Source: Oopsacas minuta (Eukaryota; Animalia; Porifera). Taken from it: a DNA stretch of 64,000 nt. Below the pieces are notes generated by a model, which was given only the letters and a program-made list of their open reading frames with translations, was not told the DNA's origin and searched no databases. Shown here one piece after another: positions 35,632 to 48,900 of the stretch. The stretch covers positions 1-64,000 of the forward strand of contig JAKMXF010000034.1 in the NCBI GenBank assembly GCA_024704765.1, written 5' to 3'. The translations under genes were made by a program, and so were the position numbers. The stretch's first letter is position 1, and every line of letters begins with the position of its first letter.

Positions 35632-38502
35632 ATGCCCTCAATGTTCCACAGAGGTACAAAACAGACAAAAGGGGGTGCATACCAAGTAAGGATTACACAT
35701 CTGGATAATACATTTCTCGATTACAGATTCGACAAATCTACAACTGGAAGCGAATGCTTACTATATGCAGCTTCCACATTCAAAATAAGTCAACATCATT
35801 ATTTCTCATTAAAATTCAAATCACTTCGAGGGAGAAGAAGATGGTTGTACATGAATAAAGCTATCAAGAAACAATTGGAAAAATACTCACTTGATGGTAT
35901 GACTGATTGGTCCCTCACACTCGAAATTAAATTCTTCCCAATCTCTGTGCATCTAATTGAAGACGAAGTTACACGGTATCTTTTCTATTTACAGCTCAAG
36001 ATGGATATTCTGGACGGATGTTTACCTTGTACTGCAGATGAGGCGATTAAACTGGCCGCGTATTCAGTGCAAGCTGAGTGTGGAGATTATGATGAGAATA
36101 AACACTCTTTGACACAGCTACGAGAGCTAAATTTGTTACCAGAGAGACACTGTAATATTGGAGAGCTGAATAATTTACTGACTGAGATATCAAACAATCA
36201 CAAGTTACATCAAGGATTAGGACCTAGCCTAGCTGAACAGAGTTATCTTAAGATTACACAGAGTCTTAGCGAATATGGACAGGAAGGATTTGAAGTTGTA
36301 GACGATGCGGGTGATAAGTTGAGTATCGGAGCCTGTGCTGCTGGAATTTTCGTGAAGAATTTCATTGGAAAACCTCCTCTCTACATGAAATGGGAAGAGT
36401 TGAGACGAGTCACATGTAAAGATAAATATTTCGGGGTTGAATCACGGAAAGATAAAGAAACTATCCTCTTCAACACAACTGATGTAGATATTGCCAAATA
36501 CATAATGTGGTGTATAAGTGAGCAGAACCAGTTCTTTCTTAAACAGTCACAAGAAGTGGTTAGTATGCGTGAAACACCTCCTCCAACTTCTAGACGAATG
36601 TACTCATCGGCATCTGAGGAATTTCTAAACATGGATAGAGTCAGGACATGTGACGTGTCTCCAGCTTCTTCCCCCCTACAACACGCTTCTTCTACTTTGA
36701 GCTTTCCTACTAACTACGCTAATACAGTTCTATCACGATACCATAGCGATCACAATATGAACTTTCCTGGTAGAGACACCAGTCCAAAGAAACAATCACA
36801 ATTAGATATATTCGCTTCCAAGCAAACTCATCATGACTATAGTCCTATCAGAAGGGCTGATGTCTCTATTAACTCTACCTACCAGAAGCGTCCTCCTAGG
36901 ATGGAGAAACGATACCCAGGAAGTTCTGGGAAGAATTCAGCTGATGACCAACCTCATACTCCAATCAAACAATCTACCCGTATACCAATCGTAAGCATGT
37001 CTTCCCCAGTCCCAGTTCTACTCGGTTTCCGTAGACTCTCATGTGAAGAGCTCCCACAAACCTCTAATGATTCTCAATACAGTCTCCCGAGTAGTCAACG
37101 GAGCTCTGGGAGTTTCAACCACATCTCATTCACCTCCAGTCCCGTACAAGATACCTCACCATCTGATAACGGTATGTCACGTCCTCTACCCTCTCCCTGT
37201 AACGTTATCTATGAACGTGATGAATTCTCAACTCGTAATACACATCCACTTAGTAAAAGAAATTCAAAAACTAATAATCCTATTAATAATTCAAATCACA
37301 CACAAGTATCAAAATCTACTTCAGTGCCTTTTATTGATATAATTAATTCTTCTCCAGTAAAAACTAACAAGGATTCTAGCGGAACAACAAATATTCCCTC
37401 CAGGAGACATTCTCAACAAGATGGAGAACTGGGAAAGACAAGTGATACAGAAATTACCAAAAATTATTCAAATACTTTGCCTAGTCAAAAACGAACTCAG
37501 ACTAACATATTAAACGATATACATCCAGCTGATAATTACAAGCCTCCAGATACGAAGCTGTCCCTCCCTAGAAGGACATCTTCCTTAGCTCAGAGATCTA
37601 TACCAGATGATCCTGTGAAATATTACAAGTTCCTTGCTTCTCTATTCAAACGCAAGCATGAGAGCTGGTGTACTGACGAGTTTTCTCATATTAAAGTTGA
37701 GAAACAATCTACTTCACATGCGAAAAAACCTGACAATATCAATAAAAATCGCAACAGATCAATCCTGCCTTACAATTCAACCAGAGTTAAACTTAATGTT
37801 ATGAATAACGTCGAAGCTTCTGACTACATAAATGCTAGCCATGTGGTTTATATCATAAAATCTCAGAATTACCATTTTATAGCAGCTCAAAGCCCAATGG
37901 CGCATACCTGTACTAATTTCTGGCAGATGATATGGGAAGAAGATGTTAGAGTAATCACAATGCTGAATGAGGGGAACAAAGACGATGTACATCCTTCACA
38001 TATATATTTCCCATCTTCTTCTACTCCTACGATAGATGACTACTTACAATTTGATCAATACAAAATATCTTTAAGATCCTATCAAGATAAAGGCTCATTT
38101 ATATTCAGACAATTCTCTCTCAAACATATTCCTAGTGGAAAGAGTAAGGAAATTTGTCATCTCCAATTCTTAGAATGGATTGATGAAGATTCCCCTAAAA
38201 GTTATGACGGATTTCAATCATATTTGGATTATATTAAAGGTATAATTACTCAACATAAAAGTCCACTCTTAGTGCATTGTAACTTGGGTATTGGTCCATC
38301 TGGTGTATTTATGCTCGTATATTTGCTACAAGAACATATTAAACTACAGGAAATTCTCCATGTACAGAATGTACTTGGTATTCTGTGTAGTCAGCGTATG
38401 GATATAATTGCTACTCAGGGTCAGTTTAAATTCGTATACTTTGCAATGTATAAATACACACAATATCTGCTAACAATGGAGGAGAGACATACACTGATTT
38501 GA
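35632..38502 (+). CDS. FERM-domain protein tyrosine phosphatase-like protein (PTPN14/21 or PTPN3/4-like layout), predicted inactive
   Basis: FERM (RYLFYLQLKMDILDGCLPCT.DEAIKLAAYSVQAECGDY), an S/P-rich linker, and a PTP fold (KNRNRSILPYNSTRVKL, DYINAS, FIAAQSP, FWQMIWE) with a degenerate P-loop HCNLGIGPS. Confidence 0.88.
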   Translation: MPSMFHRGTKQTKGGAYQVRITHLDNTFLDYRFDKSTTGSECLLYAASTFKISQHHYFSLKFKSLRGRRRWLYMNKAIKKQLEKYSLDGMTDWSLTLEIKFFPISVHLIEDEVTRYLFYLQLKMDILDGCLPCTADEAIKLAAYSVQAECGDYDENKHSLTQLRELNLLPERHCNIGELNNLLTEISNNHKLHQGLGPSLAEQSYLKITQSLSEYGQEGFEVVDDAGDKLSIGACAAGIFVKNFIGKPPLYMKWEELRRVTCKDKYFGVESRKDKETILFNTTDVDIAKYIMWCISEQNQFFLKQSQEVVSMRETPPPTSRRMYSSASEEFLNMDRVRTCDVSPASSPLQHASSTLSFPTNYANTVLSRYHSDHNMNFPGRDTSPKKQSQLDIFASKQTHHDYSPIRRADVSINSTYQKRPPRMEKRYPGSSGKNSADDQPHTPIKQSTRIPIVSMSSPVPVLLGFRRLSCEELPQTSNDSQYSLPSSQRSSGSFNHISFTSSPVQDTSPSDNGMSRPLPSPCNVIYERDEFSTRNTHPLSKRNSKTNNPINNSNHTQVSKSTSVPFIDIINSSPVKTNKDSSGTTNIPSRRHSQQDGELGKTSDTEITKNYSNTLPSQKRTQTNILNDIHPADNYKPPDTKLSLPRRTSSLAQRSIPDDPVKYYKFLASLFKRKHESWCTDEFSHIKVEKQSTSHAKKPDNINKNRNRSILPYNSTRVKLNVMNNVEASDYINASHVVYIIKSQNYHFIAAQSPMAHTCTNFWQMIWEEDVRVITMLNEGNKDDVHPSHIYFPSSSTPTIDDYLQFDQYKISLRSYQDKGSFIFRQFSLKHIPSGKSKEICHLQFLEWIDEDSPKSYDGFQSYLDYIKGIITQHKSPLLVHCNLGIGPSGVFMLVYLLQEHIKLQEILHVQNVLGILCSQRMDIIATQGQFKFVYFAMYKYTQYLLTMEERHTLI

Positions 38503-38717
38503 ATGAAGATAATTTCTTTTGTATATACTAACTGGATAACTTAATGTGTGTGTATTGCTATCTACATACATGATGTGTGTTATATTTTATTTAAATTCCT
38601 TTTGTGACTTTAACTTTCTATTTTTGTGATATTTAATTATTGACTTTTTCATAAGTGAGTGATGATAGTATTAGATTCTACTTTAATCCTGATACTTAAT
38701 ACAATAGCTAGTATATA

Positions 38718-39343
38718 CAGTCAAACCTGCTTAACGGCCACCTCTGTTCAACTGTCACTTGCATATTGTTGCCACCTTAAACAGTTCCTCCGATTTTCTA
38801 TAATCTTACCTCTGATAGCGGGCGCCTGCTCAACGCGGCCAGCAACCACTATTTTGGTCTCTTCCTGATGCTAAACATGTCTATAACGGTCATTTTCTTT
38901 CGCTAATGGCCATTTTATATAGCAACCACCTTCCATAAAGTATCCTATATTCGTATTAACCGTGTTCGTATTAACGAGATGTATCCTGCTTGTATTGAAT
39001 ATCCAAATAGAAAACAATTACTAATAATTTTGGTTACTATATATATTCTCCCGAACTACCAATATATTTAATCCGCTGTTATTAATGAATCAGTCCGGAC
39101 TGGACCGATCTTTTTACATTTTGAATGCACCGATACAACTGTAGTAACCATCATTAACTACTTTCACTGAAACACCTTAAATATCAGTCACTTGTTTTCA
39201 TGGCCAATCTTTATAAGGATTTCAAGATAATACTAAATTTGTGTAGAACTGCCAACCTCCATATAGCCGACACCTATACATAACGGACAGTCTTGCAACC
39301 TCTGGCGAGTGCCTTCTATAACCGTTATAAACAACTTCGACTG
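38718..39343. mobile_element. TA-flanked Tc1/mariner-type non-autonomous element
   Basis: TA|CAGTCAAACCTGCTTAACGG ... CCGTTATAAACAACTTCGACTG|TA. Confidence 0.6.
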
Positions 39344-39437
39344 TATTACATTTCGAAAGGTTATCCAATATATATTTGAAATCTCAATTTTCTTATTCTG
39401 TATTTAGGAATATTTTTGACGATAGCAATTTCTACTA

Positions 39438-40666
39438 ATGGCGAAAGTTAACATTCCTTCTGATGAATTGAATTTTAAAAATCAGCTGGCTAAGGTTAAA
39501 ATGGAAATTGGAACTCGTTTTAGAGAATTATTTGAAATTTTGAAAGAAAGAGAAAAAGAACTCTTAAGGAAGTTAGAAGAGATAGAAACTAATCACAAGT
39601 TTGAGACAGACAAGCAGAAACAAATTCTTTCAGAATTAAATTTATCTATAAAGGAAATGCAAAAGAGGTTTACCAATGAATTTCTAAAAGATATTCAGAG
39701 TGAAATTATTAAACAGATAAACGATAAACAAAAAGAGATAGAATCTGAGTTGAAATCCCAACTTATTTCATTTGGATTTAATAATACACTATTCGATAGA
39801 ATTAGTGGATTTGGTAAGATTAGTGTTGTTAATTCAAGTTATTCATGTCTACCAGTTATAGATTATAAAGGTAAAGTGAAACCAGTAGTGAGTGTAGGTA
39901 CTAGAGGTAGTGGTGAAGGACAATTCAGGAATCCATACGGTATAGCAGTCGATTACAGAGCAGATAACATCTAGTAGCAGATCAGTGGAACAACAGAGTA
40001 CAGGTATTCAGTAAAGATGGTAAATTCTTGTTTCTATTTGGTGCTGATAAGATGAAGTATCCTCTCTGTATTACTATTGATAAAGAGAGAGTATTTGTGA
40101 GTCAGAATGAAGCAGGTTGTTTGTTGATATTTGATTTGAAAGGAAATTTTATCAAACAAATAGGTACTCGAGGTAGTGGAAAAGGACAATTCAATAGTCC
40201 TTATGGTATTGCTATCAGTATAGATAATGGAGATATTTATGTATGTGATCACTCTAACAACAGAATACAAATATTCTCACAAGATTATTCTTACAAATCT
40301 CAGTTTGGAATTGGTATAGTCGAATCTCCAGTAGACATACAACTGACCAAAGATACTATATTTGTATTGTCTAATTATAAACCCTTTCTCTACTCTTTCA
40401 ACTATAATCTTAATCAAGTACAGAATACTGTATGTGATTCTATTAACAAACATTTGAATCGTCCGCATTCATTCAAGATTGATGGAGCTGGTAATTTCAT
40501 TATTTCGGATAATAGCAGTGATAATGTTATTATATTTGATAATACAGGGCAATTACTTCATAAACTTACTGACTCACTATCAGGACCCATTGGAGTTGAT
40601 CTGAACTCAAATGGAGGAATTATTGTTGTCAATCGTGGCAAACATTGTCTTCTGATGTTTAATTGA
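39438..40666 (+). pseudogene. Coiled-coil + NHL-repeat protein interrupted by a 1-nt deletion at 39972-39974 (pseudogene or assembly error)
   Basis: ATC TA GTA GCA GAT CAG TGG AAC AAC AGA: restoring one base gives the NHL blade I-Y-V-A-D-Q-W-N-N-R-V-Q-V-F and joins the two ORFs. Confidence 0.8.
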
Positions 40667-41684
40667 TTTGTTGTACCAGTTTACTATTTTAACTTCTAAG
40701 TATTATTCCTGCTTCTTGTTAGCTAGTTACATTCTTCTAGTTTCTTACCGTTACAAATATTGTGTATTTATATAATCAAAGTCTTTCTTAACCGAATACG
40801 GTCTAGAAGATCTAAAATTTTTGACGTCAAAAAGGTGTTACAATCTCGTTTTTTGTACGGGAATTGGTTAAAACGAATTGTTAGTTTGTGGTTGACTAAG
40901 TGAGAGATTACTATAATGATAATATTCAAGATTTGTATAAAGACTATATTAAAGCCATAACACTACATTTTGATAAGATATTCTCATTAACAATTCTCAT
41001 TCACGATCACAGCCAACTTAATAGAATCAATATTCTGGTAATCCCAATGCTCCAATTATATATAATACCTGAGCTAGGATATGTTTATAAGTTGTTACTG
41101 CCAGACTCGTACCCGCCACTTGTTAGATAACTTGTGTTATTATATTTTTCTGAGTGAGCGAGCGAACAACAATTATTTCATTGACGTATGAAGCTTGTAG
41201 AACTTTGTGCCTCTGAGCAGCAAATAGCCAAATGAAATTGTTTCTGTAAAATTGGTGCTGCCAAGCGCTAGGTAGGAATATAGTCCTAGAAAACCAGTGG
41301 GGTGATGTTCACTAGGTAATATCCATGGTTCAGAAGAACTAGGTAGGAAACTCTGAATATTTCTTATTTTTCCAATACATTTGTCTAACAATAATTATTG
41401 GGGGATGGTGTCCTTGGTATCCCCCTCCACTATGCCCCTGCTTCCAGGCAAAGACCACCCCAGCAGACTAGGGTTAACCGACCAGTTTAGTGGAAAGTGG
41501 GGGTATCACACCCATCCCCGCCAGCAAGTCACGCACCTGTATACAGCTATTAGTATATCTATACATTAGAGTAGGCATAGTACCGGATTTAGGAGTGTTC
41601 GGAGTGTGCGGCCGAACAGGGCCCCACAACTCAACGTCATTAATTTTATACACACTGTAATTCTACTTTAATCACTAGAAATCT

Positions 41685-42057
41685 CCTACATACTGATTAG
41701 GTACTAGTCATGGGGGTTTAAAGGTTAATACACAAATATGTCTTTCCTCCACAGTTGAAATTACTTGATATCCTAGTGATCTTATATTGAATTACACGTT
41801 AAGTTTAGGCAAAATCAAATAATAGCAAGCCATAAATAGACGGCTTCGTTAATAACATATCGTTAATTCAACGTTATTCCTCTTGCAAAAACACACAGGA
41901 AATTCTGAGAAAAATCGATTTTTTGGTGAGTTTACAGTTTACACCATAAATTCTATAATATTCATTATAGATAATTATTTGATAGATATTGATAAATAAG
42001 AAACATCATTTTAGGGTGAACCCAGTTTCTTTTTGGTGATTTTAATGATATATAATG
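41685..42057. repeat. ~370-bp repeat with an inverted copy at 63366-63735
   Basis: Shared long blocks such as AAAAAGAAACTGGGTTCACCCTAAAATGATGTTTCTTATTTATCAATATCTATCAAATAATT on opposite strands. Confidence 0.85.
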
Positions 42058-42624
42058 TACTTGTACGTATAAGGATATTAGATTATTTAAAAAATAGCAA
42101 GTGACACAATAGCACGTGTTGAATAGCGACGCCAGTGCTAAGTAGTCCGAAATAACTGCTCATATTTCCAACCAGTATGAAGAGAAAACCGGGAGGGAAT
42201 GCATTATATTAACGCGACATAGCATATTAACATTACGTAGTTTGTCTACTCAAAAGCGTGACAATTCAACTATTTAGCACGATTTAGCGGGACAAAACCC
42301 TAAGGCATGGCCCAGAATTAGGACGTCCCGCCATAGGAGGGACAGTTGGTAATTAGACCACGTTTTTAAATTTGAAAGATGGTTAAATAGTCTCAAGGGT
42401 GTGCAGAATTTCACCCAACAATCCTTTCTATATTTGTTACCTAGACATCCTAAATCAACAAAAAACTGTCAGCATATCGCAGTATTTCAAATTTTGTCGT
42501 GCTAGTTAGTATGATTGAAAGTTAACATCTCGTGAGATGTTGGGTACAAAAAGATGGTGTGAAGTTTAGTTATTATCTAATGGAATGACAGCATATTTGT
42601 CTGTATAAATTTTGAATTTTTCAG

Positions 42625-42851
42625 GCTCCGTACTTTTCCATGGGAAAATATTCGATCCCTGAATTTCCACTATGTACCAGAGATACACGTTATTTTAACA
42701 TGCATCACTAAAATCAGCCAAACTTTCATATTTGCACATTTTAGGCATATTTCAAGACTATTCTAGTGATGGATGTTAAGGTCCAGTTTATTCGCTGGTA
42801 AATGGTGGAATTTTAAGGAATCGAATATCTTCCCGTGGAAAATTATGTAGC
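42625..42851. mobile_element. MITE-like element with ~45-bp imperfect TIRs, 90 bp upstream of the giant Ig gene
   Basis: CCATGGGAAAATATTCGATCCCTGAATTTCCAC pairs with GTGGAATTTTAAGGAATCGAATATCTTCCCGTGG. Confidence 0.6.
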
Positions 42852-42940
42852 TTTAAATAAAAACTACTTTCACAATATTGCGCATTTAGGTAAAGCAAAA
42901 GAAAAGAAAAAAAGAGGCTCATAGCTATTACAGAAATGAA

Positions 42941-45900
42941 ATGTTTTCCTTAATATCACGACAACTTTCATATCTGGTACTCTTAGCCTTGCTCGTATGT
43001 TCGCTACATGCTGCCATAGAGCTTTCGTTCTTCAACGACATCCCTAATACTCCACAGGAAACCATCGTATTCGCATCTGATTCGTTGTTCTATACAGGGG
43101 GCCTAGCGCATATTGACGAATTTATCTGCACATCAGATAGTCCTAGTACAGAAACTGTATTGTGGTTTGATGCTAGAGGTAATGAGGTTAGTATAGGTGA
43201 TGGTAGTGGTACGAGTTTGTATTGGACGGGGACCACTAGTAACAAAACACTACACACATCTGATAGTTCCGGTAATAACTTGATTGATGTGGAAAATCAG
43301 GGGAATAACTTCACTTGTAGGGTTGATGAGACTAGTGAGGAGAAAGTATTGGGAATATATTGGGTAAGGTCAATACTTGACGCAGATGGTGAGGTAAACA
43401 ATCAACTAGAAGGAATGAGAATATATACCAAAGATGACCCTCCCAAGATCTCAGAATTTACACTTCAAAGAGGCTTCTTCGATTTGGATTTCTCTAAGCA
43501 ATACAAAGTACAGTCATTGATTGGATCTACTTCTATAACAATCTCTCCAGCCCCCATAGAACCTGCTATCATACCTCCTGAATCGATAATAGATAATGTA
43601 ACATTCTCAAATAGTAGATATTGTCACTTCATCGGTACAAGTTCAAACGACTTTCTATACACAACTCTATTCAATGGGGATTTCATCCCTAGCACTTCAC
43701 CTGTACTCAGTTTACCACAGTTCGGTGGAGCAACATGCATAGAAAACGGTAAACAAACTTCATCATTTCTAGGAGATATCATACCAAATCTAAGATTTAT
43801 TTGTCCTCTCGTGTTCAATGGTAACTTCATAAACATAGATAACCTTAATTTACTCACAGAAAATGAGATTGTAGCTAGTTCACCTCCAGAACTACCACAA
43901 ATCAATGGAAGGAGACTTTGGGTTGACTTTGTCAGCTCTATGAGTATAAGTCTGAGATACGATAGGGAATATGTGTGTGAAGACATGTACGGTACAAGAT
44001 TAAGTTTCAATTTACGAGTTAAGGGAAATTATCCTTTAGAAATACTAGTATCTGATCTAGCTAATGATGGTATACTTGTTGGAACTAACTATATCAATAC
44101 AGAGATCCCTGAAATACTCTACTGCTTAGCTGAAACAGATAACACACCTATTACATGGCTAAGTGAAACCACCGCAGATTATACTGCCTCTGTTTCCGCA
44201 TTAGAAGTTACTAATCGCACATCTATCATCCCTTACAGAATTACGCCTCGTGCAGGTAGAAGTGATATGTTCCTAAACTCAACAATAGCATTAGATAGGG
44301 AAGGTTATTACACGTGTAGTGATGGAGGTACAAATGATATCAGAGTGGGGATATTCTCACTTAACCCTGAAGCTCCAATTGCTTTGGTTACACCTTCTGA
44401 GTCATCCCAGAATATCAGCATTATCAATCCAATAAACATAACGTGTGGTGTAGTGAATAATTCAACTCATCCTCCTCCAATTTTCTTCTGGACAGGACCA
44501 CGCACTTCTTCCACCGGCCTCCTTGACACAACTGGATTCCAAGAGACAGATTCTGGTGATTACACTTGTCATTCCAGTAATGTAGTAGGAGGTAGTAATG
44601 TTACTATCAGTATCCTGATAGTAGTACCACCTCCCATGCTTGTTGCGACCACAGATATTCCTGAATATTACTTCAAAGATGACAAAATACAATTATTTTG
44701 TAACTTCAGTATTGCACCTAACCTTGAGTCCATCATAACTATTTCATGGTATATGGATTCTATACTCATCATGAATAACAGTAACGGATTCCACATTTCA
44801 GAAACTACTTTAGGAGAGCCATGGAATTATCAGAGTGTTTTGTGTTTGTCCAGTGCTATACCTTCTAATACTGGACAGTACACTTGCAGTGCAACTGTCG
44901 GTCGCAGTAATACTACCACATCTCCTCCGTTTAACATTGAAATAGAGGCAGCCTACTTGCCTGATGCTGCGGTGATACAATTCAATAGGATCGGCCCTAT
45001 TTCAGCACATATTAGTTGGACTGCCACTAACAGAACTAGACTAACTCCTGAGATATATGTTGTTTCGTATTGCCAGTTACCTGCATGTGACAGCTACATT
45101 GAATCTGCACCATTATCTGCAACCTATTTCTTTATAAGCGAGATAATTGTTGAAACTAACTACTCAGTTCGTGTTGATGCTACTAATCGCTATGGGTCTG
45201 TTGTGGGTGCATCGCGAAATTTCACAACCTTGTTTGACAGGACCCTGTACTTTTATGATGTGAATAGAGAGGCTCCTTCTACGACATCCAATAAAACATA
45301 CTTCGCTAGTGGATCGGTATTCAGAGGAGGTGATATTGATTATATCTTGTTCCTAGTCCAGGATTTCTACTGTGTACCACAGAATCCAACGACTGATATC
45401 ATTACATGGTATGCACCTGATGGAGAGCTCGTAACACAGGGCTTTGTAGCTGACTCATTCTTTTACACAGTAGATGCAAATGGAGAGAGTACATTGTATT
45501 TGAATAATGCTCTGACAGCAAGCAATGATGGTAGGAACTTTACTTGTCGAATCAATTCGAATGGATTCCTATTTGATTACTACTTCGGTGTATACTTCAT
45601 ATTAGATGTATATACTACACGATCGTTTGGTGGGAATAGGTTATTCAGTAAAGATAATCCTCCTGTTGTGAGAGAGTTTGTAGCACAAAGAGGTAGCTTT
45701 GATATTGACCTCACCCAAACATATGACGTAGAATCTCTACAGTCTCCTTCATATCCCTCATTCGATTGGACATTTGTACCTAGTTTAGCATCACCTGTAA
45801 CAGTACCTGATATGAATATTCTTACCGATGCTCTGTTCAATGACACGAGTACTTGCCAATTAGGATATTCTTCAATTTCTGGCGATTTTTTCAGCTTTTC

Positions 45901-48900
45901 GGATAAACAATTTGTCATTCAAACTCCAGTTGGCAATTTTACAGACGGACCTCCTCTTATTGGATCTGCTTGTATTGAGGATAATACAATAGCTTATGTG
46001 TTTACGATTGGTTCAGGAGTTGACATTGCAGTAGTATGCCCATTGTTGTATGGCGCTAGTTTCCTTGATATTTCTCCTACTCAATTCATACAGTACGAAT
46101 ACATATTGAATGATTTTGGAAATAACTCAAGGAGATTGTTAGTTGACCCTGCACGAACAAGCGCTGTGATAGCACATGAGAGATCTTATGTTTGTCAAGA
46201 CAGATACGGAACTCGCTCTACGTTTGGAGCTAGGGTTGATGCCATTACTGAACTTCAAGTATTCGACAGTGACACTACCACAATACCAGTTTCTAACAAT
46301 GGAATGCACATAACAAATCAAATTACTCTCTATTGTCTGTCTAATAGCAATCTGTTAGAAATAGAATGGTATTTCAATACTAATCCAAATAGTTCTGAAG
46401 TAACATACACTCTGGTATCAAATGACAGCATGCTACAGCCATATGTCAGCAATCCTCGAGCCGGGAGAAGTGATTTGATTGTGTCAACAAAATTGCCTTC
46501 AAACAGACAGGGATATTTCTACTGCAGAGATTCAATGGATCGAATGTTAAACTACAGTATCTTTTCTCAGACGCCTGTTAGTCCGGTAGCAGTTATATCA
46601 CTAGATGTCGCCCAAATACAAGTTATCATAGGAATTGATCAACTATTGGTTTGTGGGTTCAGCAATTCACCACATCCTAACAATACTATCTCGTATTGGG
46701 AAGGTACCACTAGTGATTCTATGAATACTATTCTGCTATTAGAAATGAACTCACAAGTATTCACCTGTATAAGTTCTAATGTATTCGGACAGTCGACTGC
46801 TACTATAGAAATTACTGTAATTCCACCTGCTCCACAGGAAATCAGCTCATCTCTGACAACAGAAGGAGACATATTCATTACAGATACAGTTGAGATAGTT
46901 TGTGAATTCTCGACTTTACAAAATGTGACTTCATCAATCTTAATTCAATGGTACCACAATAACTCACTGAGCGTAGAAACAGGAATTACCACTGTTAATG
47001 GTCGTAGTACACTCATAGTCTCCGGTGCAAATGTTTCTCATTCTGGAGATTATCACTGTGTAGCTACAGTTGGAGGTAGTCTTCCTACTAACTCATCTCC
47101 CATACAAGTTACTGTCTATGATGCTTATGCTCCTGATGTTATTTCACTAACTCTGAGTTCTATCACAGTATTTACTGCAGTAGTTTCATGGAGTGGTACC
47201 ATTAGGGATCCCGAACTGCCAGAAACATACTCTATAGCATTTAGCAGAGTAGGAAGTAGTGAAAAGGTCATCCACACAGCACCCATGGGGTCTACTACAC
47301 TCAAAAAAAGTGAGCTTCTCCCTAACAGTGAATACGAAGTGCATCTCAATGCTACAAACCGATTCTTCACTACACAGGGATCTACTGCATTATTTAAGAC
47401 ATCAATTCTCAGATTGTACTTCATGAAAGGAAATGAAATAATACCAATTGGTGCAGGTTCTATTTTCAGAGGAGGAATCGGATCCCGTATATTTGACTAT
47501 GTAAGCGAGTATCATTGTTTTCCCGACAGTCCTGAACAAGTCATTACTTGGTATCAGCCAAATGGTGATGTTATTCCTCCTGGCAGCTCTTTTAACACAG
47601 GATTTTACCATATACGCAATAGCACCACTGGGAAGAGTGTGTTCTACCCGAATGATGCTGTGTCTTTTGAGAATGAGGGGAATAACTACACTTGTAGTTT
47701 TATGGGAAATTCTGGTGAGATTGTCAGGTCTCAATTTGGTATATACTACACGAAGGCTTTCTTTACTTTTACTGCCCGCGGTATGAGACTATATGGCCCA
47801 GAAGATCTGATTTATGAATTCGTTTGGCAGAGAGGAGTGTTTGATTTTAATTTTACACAAAATTACACCATTGAGTGCTTGAGAGATACATTGGCTCAAA
47901 AAGATCATTGGTTATTTGCACCATCTTCCAATACAAATACAGAGACATTAAACGTAACATTATATGATGTCCAATTTGATCCTACTGCAACATGCCAGTA
48001 TGCTAGGTGTGCTCCGTTTAGTCAATTCATTGCATTCTCAGACAAACCATTCTTTATTGAAACGACTATTCCTGTGGCTGAGGTTACAGTAGTTTTAAAA
48101 CGCTGTTTAGCAAACAATTACGAATTCAATTTCCAAATCGGAGACTCTATTGATATCCGTGTTACATGTCCATTGGTATTCGGCGCTCGTTTCCTAGACA
48201 TTGGTAGCGATATAACTTTGATACAAAATGAATACACTACAGACAACCCAAGGAGACTATATTTTGATCCTGTCACAATAGCTACACTGCAACAAGATAG
48301 AGAATTCGTATGTGAGGATATGTATGGTGTAAGAGCATCATTCAGGGTGATAGTCAATGGAGTTAATGACATACAGGTGTTTGCTAGTGCAAATTCTACC
48401 GTTCCTGAAACTAACGATACCAATCTTATAGGCGAATCCAACATCCCTGATTCTTTGTTCTGCATTACAGGAGACGCGAGTAACGCTGCTAACTGGTATG
48501 TAGATTCTAATCCTAATCGTAATACGGCAGAATCTGGAATAGCTGTGACAGCTGATTCAACACAACTGCCTTATGTTCTATCACCACGAACTGGTAGAAG
48601 TGATCTTGTTCTCAGCGGAACAATTAGAGATGAAGCTGAAGGGTATTATTCCTGCGTAACAAATCCACAAATTACCTTAGGCATATTCCTTGAACAACCT
48701 ATAGCTCCTGAAGCAGTAATCACAGGAAATGAAGAGTCCATAGAAGTCGTCATCGGCATCACTACACCAATACTAGTATGTGATAAAAATAACAGTCCAT
48801 ATCCTAATCCCATATATTTCTGGACAGGAAGTGTGAACTCATTCACATATATGCTGGATACTTCTCTTCTACTGGAATCAGACTCAGGAGTGTATACGTG

